64,000 nt of DNA from NCBI GenBank assembly GCA_017744935.1, contig JAGIAI010000008.1, forward strand, positions 40,268 to 104,267. Reading direction: 5' to 3'. Of the stretch, positions 8,536-18,316 are shown one piece after another (positions within the stretch are counted from its first letter, which is position 1; each line of letters begins with the position of its first letter). Under the pieces are notes generated by a model, which saw only the letters and a list, made by a program, of their open reading frames with translations, did no database searches and was not told the DNA's origin. The DNA is from Variovorax sp. Its GTDB lineage: Bacteria > Pseudomonadota > Gammaproteobacteria > Burkholderiales > Burkholderiaceae_C. The position numbers and the translations under genes were made by a program.

Positions 8536-10938
8536 TTACAAGCCGATCACGCCGCCGTCGTCCTTCGTGATCATCACGGTCGCAGAACGCGGACGCGCGG
8601 TGGTGCCACCGGGGCCGTAGGCCGCAACGCCAGCGCCATTGCCCGGCCAGTGGCTTTCGTACTTGCTCGGGTCGGCGATGTTGGCCGCGACCGTGTTCTC
8701 GCCCGGGTGCTGGATGTTGATGAACAGCGCCTTGCCATCGGGCGACTCCGCGAGACCGGTCACTTCCGCGCCGAGCGGAGCGGTAAGGAAGCGCTTGAAG
8801 ATGGTGTCGTTCATCTTCTTGCCCGCATAGGTCGTCACAGTGACCGGGCCGGTGCCGGCGGTGCCGGGCTTGCCGTTGGCCTGGTTCACCACGTCGATCT
8901 TGCCGCCGTCGCCGTACTGGCCCGGAACGGCCGCGAGCAGCATGCAGTTGGTCACGTCGGTGTAGGCGTTGTCGTCGGTCTGGATCCAGAGGATGCCGCT
9001 CGCACGCGAGAACCAGCAGCCGTCGGGCTTCGAGAGATCGTTGAAGTCCGAGAGGCCCGACAGGTTCACGTTCTTCTGGTAGTTGACGTCATCCAGTCCG
9101 GCATCGGCCTTCGCCTGGCTGCCGAAGAGATAGATGTCCCAGTTGAAGGTGGTGGCCGATGCGTCGCTGCCGGTTTCGCGGATGCGCATCACCTGGCCAT
9201 TCACGTTGCCCTTGAGCGTGGTCGCCGACGCGTTCTGCGTCGAGATGCCCTTGTTGTCAAGCCAGTAGCGCGGGAAGGCCGGGTCCACATCGGGATTGGG
9301 CACGTTGTTGCTGCTGGTGGTGCCGACCGAGCCGCGATCCGGGTTCTCGGTCATGGTGATGTAGATCTCGCCGTTCTTCGGATTCACGGCGGTCCATTCG
9401 GGGCGGTCGCACTTGGTTGCGCCGGCTGCGTCGGCGGCGAGCCGCGCGTTGACCAGCACGTCGGCGAGGTCCGCGAAGGCGTAGGCGCTGTTGCCCGAGA
9501 TGGCCGGGTTGCTCAGGTCCAGCTTGAGCCAGGTGCCGGTGCCGTCAGCATTGAACTTCGCGGCGTAGAGCGTGCCGTCGTCGAGGTACTTCGCGCCGGT
9601 TGCGAGCCGGTCGGCGGGGTTCGCATCGGCGGCGGCCCAGACAGCCTTCGACACGTACTTGTAGACGTACTCGCTGCGCGAATCGTCGCCCATGTAGAAG
9701 GCCAGCGGCTTGCCGACCACGGGGTTGCTCGGCCATGCGCCTTCGTGCGCGAAGCGGCCGAGACCGGTGTGCTTGACCGGCTTCGAGTTGGGGTCGTAGG
9801 GGTCGATCTCGACCACCCAGCCGAAGGTGTTGGCGGTGTTCCGGAAGTCGTCGGTGCCGTCGGTCGAGGCGCCGAGGCTGCTCGCGTCCCAGCGTGCGTA
9901 CTCGGTGTTCGTGCCGTCGGCTGGCACGACGGTGGCCCAACGCTGGCCGCCGCCCGCGCCTTGCGCGAGGCCGATGCGCTTGAAGGCGACCAGTTCCTTG
10001 GCGGTGCGCTTCGCGTCATCGGCCGAGCCGCGGCGGAAGAAGCCCGCGAAGTTCTCTTCGCAGGTGAGGTACGTGCCCCAGGGCGTGTAGCCGGAAGCGC
10101 AATTGCCGATCATCCCGCGCGTGTCGGTGCCGGCGGGCGAGTAGACCGTCTTCAGCAGCGCCGAGCCGCGTGCCGGGCCGCCGAAGCTCATCGGCGTGCG
10201 GGGCGTGATGCGGCGGTTGAAGGTGGAGTTCTTGACCACTGCGAACTTGCCGCCCGACTTGGCGATCTCGACCACCGATGCACCGTGCGCCTCGACTTCC
10301 TTGATCGCTTCCGCTTCGGGGCGCGGTCCGGCGCTGGAGCCGGAGTTGGTCTGCCCGCTCGCATGCATGAAGACCACCGTGCCGTTGATCGCCTCGTGGT
10401 TGATTGCCATCAGGGCGCGGTCGTTGGACGAGAGCGTCGGCTTGCCGCTGGCATCGAGACTGAAGTAGTGCATGCCGTCGTGGTGGTCGCCGCTGCGGCG
10501 ACCGAAGTTGTCGTCGCTGCCGTCGTTCTTGTAGTCAGTGACGGCCGGGTCGATCGAATCGCCCGTCGCGTAGATCACCGTGGCGGTGTAGCCCGCCGGC
10601 ACGGTGACGCGGTCGGCGAGGTCCTTGGCGACGGCATTGAAGCCCAGCTTGGGGTCCGCGGCGGCAGGCGCCGGAGCGGGTGCCGGCGCGGGGGCCGGAG
10701 AAGGCGCGGCCGATACCGGCGGGATGAAGCCGTTGCTACTGCCGCCGCCGCAGGCGGACAGCGCCAGAGGGCCGAGCGTTGCCGCGGTCAGGGCGCCGAC
10801 GCCGCCGCGCAGCAGATGCCGGCGATGCATGCGGGTGGCGATGACTTCGTGAAGGCTCGCGTTCGAGCTGGTGTTGTTGTCGAGGTCGTCCGGATCGATG
10901 GATTCAACGGACGACGGAGGCGTGGGGAGGTGTTTCAT
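8536..10938 (-). CDS. phoX: PhoX-family alkaline phosphatase, Tat-exported lipoprotein
   Basis: RRHLL twin-Arg, ALSAC lipobox, PA-rich linker, HHDGMH, INHE, NCASGYTPWGTYLTCEEN, GRFAHE, DRPEW, QTDD, NIQHPGE. Confidence 0.93.
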   Translation of the reverse strand: MKHLPTPPSSVESIDPDDLDNNTSSNASLHEVIATRMHRRHLLRGGVGALTAATLGPLALSACGGGSSNGFIPPVSAAPSPAPAPAPAPAPAAADPKLGFNAVAKDLADRVTVPAGYTATVIYATGDSIDPAVTDYKNDGSDDNFGRRSGDHHDGMHYFSLDASGKPTLSSNDRALMAINHEAINGTVVFMHASGQTNSGSSAGPRPEAEAIKEVEAHGASVVEIAKSGGKFAVVKNSTFNRRITPRTPMSFGGPARGSALLKTVYSPAGTDTRGMIGNCASGYTPWGTYLTCEENFAGFFRRGSADDAKRTAKELVAFKRIGLAQGAGGGQRWATVVPADGTNTEYARWDASSLGASTDGTDDFRNTANTFGWVVEIDPYDPNSKPVKHTGLGRFAHEGAWPSNPVVGKPLAFYMGDDSRSEYVYKYVSKAVWAAADANPADRLATGAKYLDDGTLYAAKFNADGTGTWLKLDLSNPAISGNSAYAFADLADVLVNARLAADAAGATKCDRPEWTAVNPKNGEIYITMTENPDRGSVGTTSSNNVPNPDVDPAFPRYWLDNKGISTQNASATTLKGNVNGQVMRIRETGSDASATTFNWDIYLFGSQAKADAGLDDVNYQKNVNLSGLSDFNDLSKPDGCWFSRASGILWIQTDDNAYTDVTNCMLLAAVPGQYGDGGKIDVVNQANGKPGTAGTGPVTVTTYAGKKMNDTIFKRFLTAPLGAEVTGLAESPDGKALFINIQHPGENTVAANIADPSKYESHWPGNGAGVAAYGPGGTTARPRSATVMITKDDGGVIGL

Positions 10939-10981
10939 CGTGATGGTCTGACTGACGGGAGCCTGACCATAACGATGCAGT

Positions 10982-10999
10982 GTGAAACTTTTGTTGCAT
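10982..10999 (-). promoter_or_regulatory. Possible Pho box upstream of phoX
   Basis: Minus strand ATGCAAC-AAAA-GTTTCAC, 7-4-7 spacing resembling CTGTCAT-AWAW-CTGTCAY, ~45 nt upstream of the phoX start; degenerate match. Confidence 0.4.
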
Positions 11000-11012
11000 T
11001 TGTCGGCGCCGC

Positions 11013-11474
11013 TCAAGGCAATGGGAGAGCCGTCTTGTAACGAACCTGTTTGAGCGCAAAGCTCGACCGGATCTTCTCGATGCCGCGGATCGGTGTGAGC
11101 TGTTCGAGGATGAATTTCTCCAGCGCCGCGATGTCGGCGACCGCCACGCGGATCAGGTAGTCGCTGTCGCCGGTCATGAGGTAGCACTCCATGACCTCGT
11201 CGTGCTCGGCGATCCGCGCCTCGAAATCCGCGAGCGACTGCTTGCTCTGCGTCTTGAGGCTGATCGAGATAAACACGTTCAGCCCCAAGCCGAGAGCGCT
11301 CGCGCTGGCGAGCGCGACATAACGCTGGATGACGCCGTTGTTTTCCAGCGCCTTCACGCGTGCGAGGCAGGGTGACGGCGAGAGATGAACGCGGCGCGCG
11401 AGTTCGACATTGGAAAGCGAGCCGTCGCGCTGGAGCTCATCAAGAATGCGCAGATCGATCGCATCGAGTTCCAT
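11013..11474 (-). CDS. Lrp/AsnC-family regulator (MdeR-like), divergent from mdeB
   Basis: [13 protein letters not shown]...[17 protein letters not shown]; C-terminal RAM domain (MTGDSDY). Confidence 0.93.
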   Translation of the reverse strand: MELDAIDLRILDELQRDGSLSNVELARRVHLSPSPCLARVKALENNGVIQRYVALASASALGLGLNVFISISLKTQSKQSLADFEARIAEHDEVMECYLMTGDSDYLIRVAVADIAALEKFILEQLTPIRGIEKIRSSFALKQVRYKTALPLP

Positions 11475-11580
11475 GAAATGCCGGGAAAGTGGTAAACCGC
11501 GGCATTTTATGTGGCGCATGCCCATGAGGTCGTGTAGAAAACAGCACCCCATTCCATCGGCCGCGGCCTAGAGTGCGACC

Positions 11581-14205
11581 ATGAACGCCCCGATTCCGCC
11601 CGACCAGCTCCGCGCATTTCTCGACACCGCCTTGCACGACCCGGATCCCGTAGAGACCGCCGAATGGCGCGAGGCCTTCGTCGCACTCGCGGAAACGCAA
11701 GGGCCGGCGCGCGCGCGCTGGATGCTCGACGAACTCGCACGCATGGCGCGCGTGCAGCGCATCGGCTGGCAGCCCGAACTGTCGACGCCGTACGTCAACA
11801 CCATCGCAGTCGAAGCGCAACCGCCGTTCCCCGGCGATCTCGCGATCGAAGAGCGGCTCGCTTCGCTGATGCGCTGGAATGCGCTCGCGATGGTGGTGCG
11901 GGCCAATCAGGCGTACGGCGAGCTCGGCGGACATATCGCGAGCTATGCCAGCGCCGCCGACCTGTTCGAAACCGGCTTCAATCACTTCTTCCATGCGCGC
12001 TCCGCGACGCATCGCGGCGACCTCGTCTTCTTCCAGCCGCACAGCGCACCGGGCGTCTATGCGCGTGCCTTCCTCGAAGGGCGGCTCAGCGAAGAAGACT
12101 TGATGCACTACCGCCAGGAACTGACGGCCCCCACGAACAAGGCACGGGGCCTGAGCAGCTATCCGCATCCGTACCTGATGCCGGACTTCTGGCAGTTTCC
12201 GACCGGCTCGATGGGCATCGGGCCGATCAGCTCGATCTATCACGCGCGCTTCATGCGTTACCTCTCGCACCGCGGCTTGCTCGATTGCGAAGGGCGCAAG
12301 GTGTGGGGCGTGTTCGGCGACGGCGAGATGGACGAGCCCGAATCGATGAGTGCGCTCACGCTGGCCGCGCGCGAGAAACTCGACAACCTCGTGTGGGTCG
12401 TCAACTGCAATCTGCAGCGGCTCGACGGACCGGTGCGCGGCAACGGCCGGATCATCGACGAGCTCGAAAAGCTCTTCGCCGGTGCGGGCTGGAACGTCAT
12501 CAAGCTGGTGTGGGGCAGCGACTGGGACGGGCTCTTTGCGCGCGATGTGAACGGCGCGCTGACGCGCGCCTTCGCGAACACGGTCGACGGGCAGATGCAG
12601 ACGTTCGCCGCGAAGGATGGCCGATACAACCGCGAGACCTTCTTCGGCCAGGACCCGGAACTCGCACGACTCGTCGAAGGACTCACCGACGAGCAGATCG
12701 ATCGCCTCAAGCGCGGTGGGCATGACCTCGTGAAGATCCATGCCGCGTACGCCGCAGCAGCCGCGCATCGTGGCCAACCGACCGTGATCCTGGCGCACAC
12801 CAAGAAGGGCTACGGCATGGGCAGCGCGGGGCAGGGCAAGATGACCACGCACTCGCAGAAGAAGCTGGACGACACGGACCTCATCGAATTCCGCAACCGC
12901 TTCAACCTGCCGCTGACCGACGAACAGGCGACCACGGCCGCGTTCTACCGGCCCGCCGACGACAGCCCTGAGATGCACTACCTGCTCGGCCACCGCGCCG
13001 CGCTCGGCGGCAGCATGCCGCGCCGCGAGACCGCGTGCGACGTGGTGGCGAAGCCTGACATCGCGGCCTACGCGCAGTTCGCGGTGGCTGCGGCAGGCAA
13101 GGAGATGAGCACCACCATGGCCTTCGTGCGCATGCTGGGCAATCTCATGAAGGACAAGGCGCTCGGCCCGCGCGTGGTGCCCATCGTCGCCGACGAGGCG
13201 CGCACCTTCGGCATGGCCAACCTCTTCAAGCAGGTCGGCATCTATTCGAGCGTGGGCCAGCGCTATGCACCGGAGGACATCGGCTCGGTGCTGTCGTATC
13301 GCGAAGCGACCGACGGGCAGATTCTGGAAGAGGGCATCAGCGAGGCGGGTGCGATCGCGAGCTGGACCGCCGCCGCCACCAGCTACAGCGTGCATGGGCT
13401 CGCGATGCTGCCGTTCTACATCTACTACTCGATGTTCGGCTTCCAGCGCGTGGGCGACCAGATCTGGGCCGCCGCCGACCAGCGGCCGCGCGGCTTCCTG
13501 CTCGGCGCGACCTCGGGCCGCACGACGCTGGGCGGCGAAGGGCTCCAGCATCAGGACGGATCGAGCCACCTCATCGCCGCAACTATCCCGAACTGCAAGG
13601 CCTACGACCCGGCCTTCGCGGGCGAGATGGCGGTGATCGTCGATGCCGGCATCCGCGAAATGATGGTCGAGCAGAGGGACGTGTTCTATTACGTCACGCT
13701 CATGAACGAGAACTACGGGCAGCCCGATCTTCCGTCAGGCGCGGAGTCTCAGGTGTTGCGCGGCTGCTATCGCTTCAGCGGCGGCAATGAAGCGAAGGTC
13801 ACGTTGCTGGGTTCCGGGGCGATCCTCACCGAAGTCATCAAGGCCGCCGCGCTGCTGGCCGCCGAAGGCATCGAGACCGAGGTGCTCAGCGTGACGAGCT
13901 GGAGCGAGCTCGCACGCGATGGCCAGGCTTGCGAAGAGCGCGCGCTGGCTGGCGATGCGGATCCGGGAACGCCTTTCATCGCGCAGCAACTCGAAGGCCG
14001 CAGCGGGCCGGTGATCGCAGCGACGGACTATGTCCGCGCGGTGCCCGAAAGCATCCGCGCCTTCGTGCCGCAGGGCCGTCGCTACCTCACGCTCGGCACC
14101 GATGGCTTCGGCCGCAGCGACACGCGCGCGGCGCTGCGCAAGTTCTTCGGCGTGGATGCCGAGAGCGTCGTGCGCGCGGCACGGTACGCGCTCGCATTGC
14201 GTTGA
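11581..14205 (+). CDS. mdeB: AceE-type 2-oxoacid dehydrogenase E1 (MdeB-like paralog)
   Basis: GGHIASYAS, FPTGSMGIG, GDGEMDEPES...NCNLQRLDGPVRGN TPP motif, GEGLQHQDG, GTDGFGRSD. Stand-alone with divergent Lrp and no aceF, as for mdeB. Confidence 0.85.
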   Translation: MNAPIPPDQLRAFLDTALHDPDPVETAEWREAFVALAETQGPARARWMLDELARMARVQRIGWQPELSTPYVNTIAVEAQPPFPGDLAIEERLASLMRWNALAMVVRANQAYGELGGHIASYASAADLFETGFNHFFHARSATHRGDLVFFQPHSAPGVYARAFLEGRLSEEDLMHYRQELTAPTNKARGLSSYPHPYLMPDFWQFPTGSMGIGPISSIYHARFMRYLSHRGLLDCEGRKVWGVFGDGEMDEPESMSALTLAAREKLDNLVWVVNCNLQRLDGPVRGNGRIIDELEKLFAGAGWNVIKLVWGSDWDGLFARDVNGALTRAFANTVDGQMQTFAAKDGRYNRETFFGQDPELARLVEGLTDEQIDRLKRGGHDLVKIHAAYAAAAAHRGQPTVILAHTKKGYGMGSAGQGKMTTHSQKKLDDTDLIEFRNRFNLPLTDEQATTAAFYRPADDSPEMHYLLGHRAALGGSMPRRETACDVVAKPDIAAYAQFAVAAAGKEMSTTMAFVRMLGNLMKDKALGPRVVPIVADEARTFGMANLFKQVGIYSSVGQRYAPEDIGSVLSYREATDGQILEEGISEAGAIASWTAAATSYSVHGLAMLPFYIYYSMFGFQRVGDQIWAAADQRPRGFLLGATSGRTTLGGEGLQHQDGSSHLIAATIPNCKAYDPAFAGEMAVIVDAGIREMMVEQRDVFYYVTLMNENYGQPDLPSGAESQVLRGCYRFSGGNEAKVTLLGSGAILTEVIKAAALLAAEGIETEVLSVTSWSELARDGQACEERALAGDADPGTPFIAQQLEGRSGPVIAATDYVRAVPESIRAFVPQGRRYLTLGTDGFGRSDTRAALRKFFGVDAESVVRAARYALALR

Positions 14206-14206
14206 G

Positions 14207-14261
14207 TGCGTTCGGCAAGCGGTTTGGGGCGTCTAAGAAGTGCCTCGGCCTTGCGAACGCA
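14207..14261. terminator. Imperfect inverted repeat between convergent mdeB and the hcp islet
   Basis: TGCGTTC(G)GCAAG ... CTTGCGAACGCA arms; no clear U-tract. Confidence 0.35.
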
Positions 14262-14291
14262 GTCGCATGCAGCATGCGGGGGACTTCGAGT

Positions 14292-14729
14292 TCAGCACTC
14301 AAGCTTGTCGCCCGTTCCGTAGCTGCATGCAGTGGGGTCGACCCAATTGTTATGCCTGTAGAACAGATATACGTCGTCACCGTCTGTCCAACTCAAGCTG
14401 CCGACACCGCCGGAAGAGATGGACCACCTCGCTGGCCCGAAGTCGTCGAACATGATGGACCCGGTGGCATAGCAGGGCGCATATCGCTCGTTGATTGCCC
14501 AACGGCGCGGCACTGAATACGCCTTGCTGAAGAAGCTCTTGATTTGAGTGGCCGTCGGCTTGAAGTGCTTGCAGTCCCTGGCGAACATTTCGTCATTCGG
14601 ATTTGCGTTCAGGCCCGTCTCCTCGATGGTCACTTTCTTGATGATGCGCGCGTCGACTTTGCCAGATAGGATCGAGAGGATCAATGCGGCAGCCAATGCA
14701 GAAGGAATTGATTTGGGGAAGGTCACCAT
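14292..14729 (-). CDS. Putative periplasmic immunity protein for the amidase effector
   Basis: Sec signal-like N-terminus (ALAAALILSILSGKVDA), four Cys; start overlaps the amidase stop (ATGGTGA); more AT-rich than flanks. Confidence 0.7.
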   Translation of the reverse strand: MVTFPKSIPSALAAALILSILSGKVDARIIKKVTIEETGLNANPNDEMFARDCKHFKPTATQIKSFFSKAYSVPRRWAINERYAPCYATGSIMFDDFGPARWSISSGGVGSLSWTDGDDVYLFYRHNNWVDPTACSYGTGDKLEC

Positions 14730-15349
14730 TTCGCCGTGCTCGCTTCGGTAGGGTTCTTTCTTCCGACGTCCGGGTGCCGATAAACCTCGGTCATCGAGAC
14801 ATTCAGTGTCTCGGCGAGCTGGTTGATCAGCCATTTCAGCGAGTTGTTCTGCGCGTCGTTGACGGACTCGTAGACCTCTTTGTTCTTGGGTCCAATTGCC
14901 ATGCTCACAATCTCGATTCCGATCGAGTCTGCATTCGAGGGGTAACGATTGGGCCAGGCTTTTCGTACTTCATTGCGATGAACTGCGTCGGACTTGTTCG
15001 CGATGATTTTGATGCCTTCAAGGGACTGGGCATGCTTCAGTTCCGTCGGGGAGCACTTCCTGGTGATGATGCATCGTGACTGCATGAAGCCGACGTGGTT
15101 TGTCACTTTGTAGAGTGAGGCCGTCTGATAGATCGTGCCATCCTTGTCAATTAGAAAGTGTGCGCCGTTAGGAGGCTTGCCGTTGTTCGTGGTGGAGTAC
15201 GAATTGAATGTAGCGTTCGCGGTCGGGCTATTCGTTTGATGCACCACGATGCCATTTACGGTCGCCATCTCTCCGCGCTCGATACGGGAAAAAATCCTTA
15301 CCTTGATGCGCTCTGCGTCAACGTGACCATCCTTGGTGATGTAAAGCAT
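14723..15349 (-). CDS. N-acetylmuramoyl-L-alanine amidase (Amidase_2), putative T6SS effector
   Basis: IVVHQT, AHFLIDKDGTIYQ, N..SIGIE, VYRH; no signal peptide; immediately downstream of hcp. Confidence 0.85.
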   Translation of the reverse strand: MLYITKDGHVDAERIKVRIFSRIERGEMATVNGIVVHQTNSPTANATFNSYSTTNNGKPPNGAHFLIDKDGTIYQTASLYKVTNHVGFMQSRCIITRKCSPTELKHAQSLEGIKIIANKSDAVHRNEVRKAWPNRYPSNADSIGIEIVSMAIGPKNKEVYESVNDAQNNSLKWLINQLAETLNVSMTEVYRHPDVGRKNPTEASTAKW

Positions 15350-15359
15350 TGGCTCACCC

Positions 15360-15842
15360 TCACCCTTCGCGATTTTGTTGAATGTCATAGCTCGCCGACA
15401 CGGTGCCGCCGGAGCCGCCTTGCTGGTTCTGAATGACGTACTCCTGTCTCACGCGCGCGAAGGTGAGGCTGATTGTTTCTCGCGGCCTTGCCATCGTGTC
15501 TTTAAACATCGGCGCTACCCGCGTAACGATGACGTCGCCCATCGTGATCCTGAGGTATTCGAGCGGGTTGCCCCCCGCCTTTCGCACAACGAGCGTGGCT
15601 GTGTCGATGTGTTTGCCGGTCAGGCAGTACTTGAGCAGATTTGGGCTGGATCGATCCGTGTAGTGATCGAAGGTCAGGTCATCGACCGTCGCCTTGCCGG
15701 CGCCACCACCGCTTCCCGCGTGCATGGACGATTCTTGCCGGATCGCCCATTCCCATCGAATGACTTCGATTTCGTCTTTGTGGATTGCGTCTTGTGCTTC
15801 GCCGGAAATGCCGGTCAACTTTAAAAAGATATCTTGCGCCAT
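15360..15842 (-). CDS. hcp: Type VI secretion tube protein Hcp (orphan)
   Basis: MAQDIFLKLTGISGE...HKDEIEV..W...GSGGGAGKATVDDL...DRSSPNL...GKHI...VRKAGG...YDI; GGAGG RBS. Confidence 0.95.
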   Translation of the reverse strand: MAQDIFLKLTGISGEAQDAIHKDEIEVIRWEWAIRQESSMHAGSGGGAGKATVDDLTFDHYTDRSSPNLLKYCLTGKHIDTATLVVRKAGGNPLEYLRITMGDVIVTRVAPMFKDTMARPRETISLTFARVRQEYVIQNQQGGSGGTVSASYDIQQNREG

Positions 15843-16154
15843 GTAATCCTCCGCTGAAAGTGATGTGCGAATCGTCGGGTAGAGCCCGGCCACCGCAACC
15901 CTATCTTGGGAGCGTGCCCATTCAAATCGCCGAGGGACGTTTCGGGAAGATTCTTGCGATTAATCAGATCTAGATCGCGGCTCGATCTGAAATCGCGCTG
16001 AGTGCATCCCCCAAGCGGGGTTAGTCCCGTTGTGGACGAATTGGGGTGGTTTCTAAGATCGCGTCCTTGTGGCGCGTGTGCATCAATCCATGCATCACGC
16101 GAAGGCGGCACGCGTCGCGTGCGCCGGTCCATGTTCGAACGTTTGGGAATTTCC

Positions 16155-17051
16155 ATGAAAAAAGCAGGACTCATCGGCCTCGGCGCCATGGGCGCCGGCA
16201 TCGCAGCGACGCTGCGCGGGCGCGGCTTCGAAATGCATGTGTGCGATGTGCGACCCGGTGCGGCGCTGCAGTTCGCGGAACACGGCGGCGTCGCATGGGG
16301 CACGCCGGCGCAGGTCGCGAGTGCATGCGATGTCGTCGTCTCGGTTGTAGTCAATGCGCAGCAGACCGAGGCGGTGCTCTTCGGCGAACACGGCGCGGCT
16401 GCGGCGATGAAGCCGGGCAGCGTGTTCATCATGTGCTCGACGGTGGACCCGAACTGGTCTGTCGCGCTCGAAGAGCGGCTGGGCACGCTCGGCATTCACT
16501 ACGTCGACGCACCGATCTCCGGCGGCGCTGCCAAGGCCGCGAGCGGGCAGATGACCGTCATGAGTTCCGCGAAGCCCGAAGCCTACGAAAGGGCCGGTGA
16601 CGTGCTCGACGGCATGGCCGGCAAGGTCTACCGGCTCGGCGACCGCGCGGGTGCGGGCAGCAAGGTGAAGATCATCAACCAGCTCCTCGCCGGCGTGCAC
16701 ATCGCCGCAGCAGCCGAAGCGATGGCGCTCGGCTTGCGCGAAGGCGTGTCACCCGAGGCGCTCTACGAGGTCATCACGCACAGCGCGGGCAACAGCTGGA
16801 TGTTCGAGAACCGCATGGCGCACGTGCTGGCGGGTGACTACGCGCCGCTGTCGGCAGTCGACATCTTCGTGAAGGATCTCGGGTTGGTGCTCGATACCGC
16901 GCGCGCAAGCAAGTTTCCGCTGCCGCTCGCGTCGACCGCGCATCAGATGTTCATGCAGGCCTCGACCGCCGGTCACGCGAAAGAGGATGACAGCGCGGTC
17001 ATCAAGATATTCCCCGGCATTGAACTGCCGCCATCCAAGGGCAAGAAATGA
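16155..17051 (+). CDS. ltnD: L-threonate dehydrogenase
   Basis: GLIGLGAMG, DAPISGG, KIINQLLAGVHI, NSWMFENR, SAVDIFVKDL; first gene of the otn operon. Confidence 0.9.
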   Translation: MKKAGLIGLGAMGAGIAATLRGRGFEMHVCDVRPGAALQFAEHGGVAWGTPAQVASACDVVVSVVVNAQQTEAVLFGEHGAAAAMKPGSVFIMCSTVDPNWSVALEERLGTLGIHYVDAPISGGAAKAASGQMTVMSSAKPEAYERAGDVLDGMAGKVYRLGDRAGAGSKVKIINQLLAGVHIAAAAEAMALGLREGVSPEALYEVITHSAGNSWMFENRMAHVLAGDYAPLSAVDIFVKDLGLVLDTARASKFPLPLASTAHQMFMQASTAGHAKEDDSAVIKIFPGIELPPSKGKK

Positions 17052-18316
17052 GTGTTCTGCTCGGCTGCATCGCCGATGACTTCACGGGCGCGACCGATCT
17101 CGCGAACAACCTCGTGCGCGCCGGCATGCGCGCCGTGCAGACCATCGGCGTGCCGGCGGCCCCACTCGACGCGGATGTGGATGCGGTCGTGGTTGCGCTC
17201 AAGTCGCGCACCATTGCGCCGGAGGACGCCATCGCTCAGTCGCTCGATGCGCAGCGCTGGCTGCAGGCGCAGGGCGCGAAGCAGATCTACTTCAAGTACT
17301 GCTCCACCTTCGACAGCACGCCCAAGGGCAACATCGGGCCGGTCACCGAGGCGCTGATGGATGCGCTGGGCTGCGACTTCACCATCGCGACGCCGGCCTT
17401 TCCGGACAACAAGCGGACGGTGTTCAAGGGCTACCTCTTCGCGGGCGACGTGCTGCTCAACGAGAGCGGCATGCAGAACCATCCGCTCACGCCGATGACC
17501 GACGCCAATCTTGTGCGCGTGATGCAGGCGCAGACGCGGCGCAAGGTGGGGCTCGTCGATTACGTGACGGTGGCACGCGGCGCGTCGGCGATCCGCGAGC
17601 GCTTCGCGCAACTGCGATCCGAAGGCGTGGGTGTCGCGATCGTCGATGCGGTATCGAACGATGACCTGATGCGGCTCGGCCCGGCGTTGGCGGACATGCC
17701 GCTGGTCACCGCAGGCTCGGGCGTGGCGATCGGGCTGCCGGCGAACTTCCGCATCGCGCCATCGTCCACCGCAAGCGCGTTGCCGAAGCCCGGCGGACTG
17801 CGCGCGGTGGTGTCCGGAAGCTGTTCGCTCGCGACCAATCGCCAGGTAGCGGACTTCATCGCTTCGGGCCGGCCGGCGCTCGCGATCGATCCGCTGCAGA
17901 TTGCGGCCGGTGTCGACGTCGCTTCGCAGGCGCTCGACTGGGCCGGACCCTTGCTCGAACGCGGGCCGGTGCTCGTCTATTCGACCGCCGACGCATCCGC
18001 CGTGAAATCCGTGCAGGGCCGCCTCGGTGTCGACGAAGCCGGCGCGATGGTGGAGCGCACCATCGCCGCGATCGCGCGCGGCCTGGTCGAGCGCGGCGTG
18101 CGCCAGCTCGTGGTGGCGGGCGGCGAGACCTCGGGCGCGTGCGTGCAGGCGCTCGGCATCGCGCAGTTGCAGATCGGCGCGCAGATCGACCCTGGCGTGC
18201 CCTGGTGCCATGCACGCAGCGATGCGGCCGGTGGTGCTGGCCTGCATATTGCGTTGAAGTCCGGTAACTTCGGAACCGATGACTTCTTCTCCAAAGCCTT
18301 TGAATCGATCGCATGA
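17048..18316 (+). CDS. otnK: 3-oxo-tetronate kinase (DUF1537)
   Basis: IADDFTGATD, FKYCSTFDST.KGNIGP, VAGGETSG, LKSGNFG. Confidence 0.93.
   Translation: MSVLLGCIADDFTGATDLANNLVRAGMRAVQTIGVPAAPLDADVDAVVVALKSRTIAPEDAIAQSLDAQRWLQAQGAKQIYFKYCSTFDSTPKGNIGPVTEALMDALGCDFTIATPAFPDNKRTVFKGYLFAGDVLLNESGMQNHPLTPMTDANLVRVMQAQTRRKVGLVDYVTVARGASAIRERFAQLRSEGVGVAIVDAVSNDDLMRLGPALADMPLVTAGSGVAIGLPANFRIAPSSTASALPKPGGLRAVVSGSCSLATNRQVADFIASGRPALAIDPLQIAAGVDVASQALDWAGPLLERGPVLVYSTADASAVKSVQGRLGVDEAGAMVERTIAAIARGLVERGVRQLVVAGGETSGACVQALGIAQLQIGAQIDPGVPWCHARSDAAGGAGLHIALKSGNFGTDDFFSKAFESIA

Noticed and set aside
10655-10715. Short tandem GC-rich repeats
   Set aside because: Encode the Pro-Ala linker of PhoX; not a CRISPR or independent repeat.
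8341-11040. 899-aa ORF antisense to phoX, and similar long antisense ORFs (e.g. 42613-45459, 46806-48848, 53254-55350)
   Set aside because: Shadow ORFs typical of high-GC codon bias, with no recognisable motifs, opposite well-supported genes.
14723-15349. Amidase as a prophage endolysin
   Set aside because: No holin, spanin or phage genes; the hcp and immunity context fits a T6SS effector better.
15900-16060. Possible riboswitch (c-di-GMP-I-like GCGGGGTTA fragment; CCCCAA...TTGGGG and GTCC/GGAC pairing) between hcp and ltnD
   Set aside because: Lacks the GGCAAA/GNRA/GACGCAAA core and pairing is weak; likely just divergent promoter sequence.
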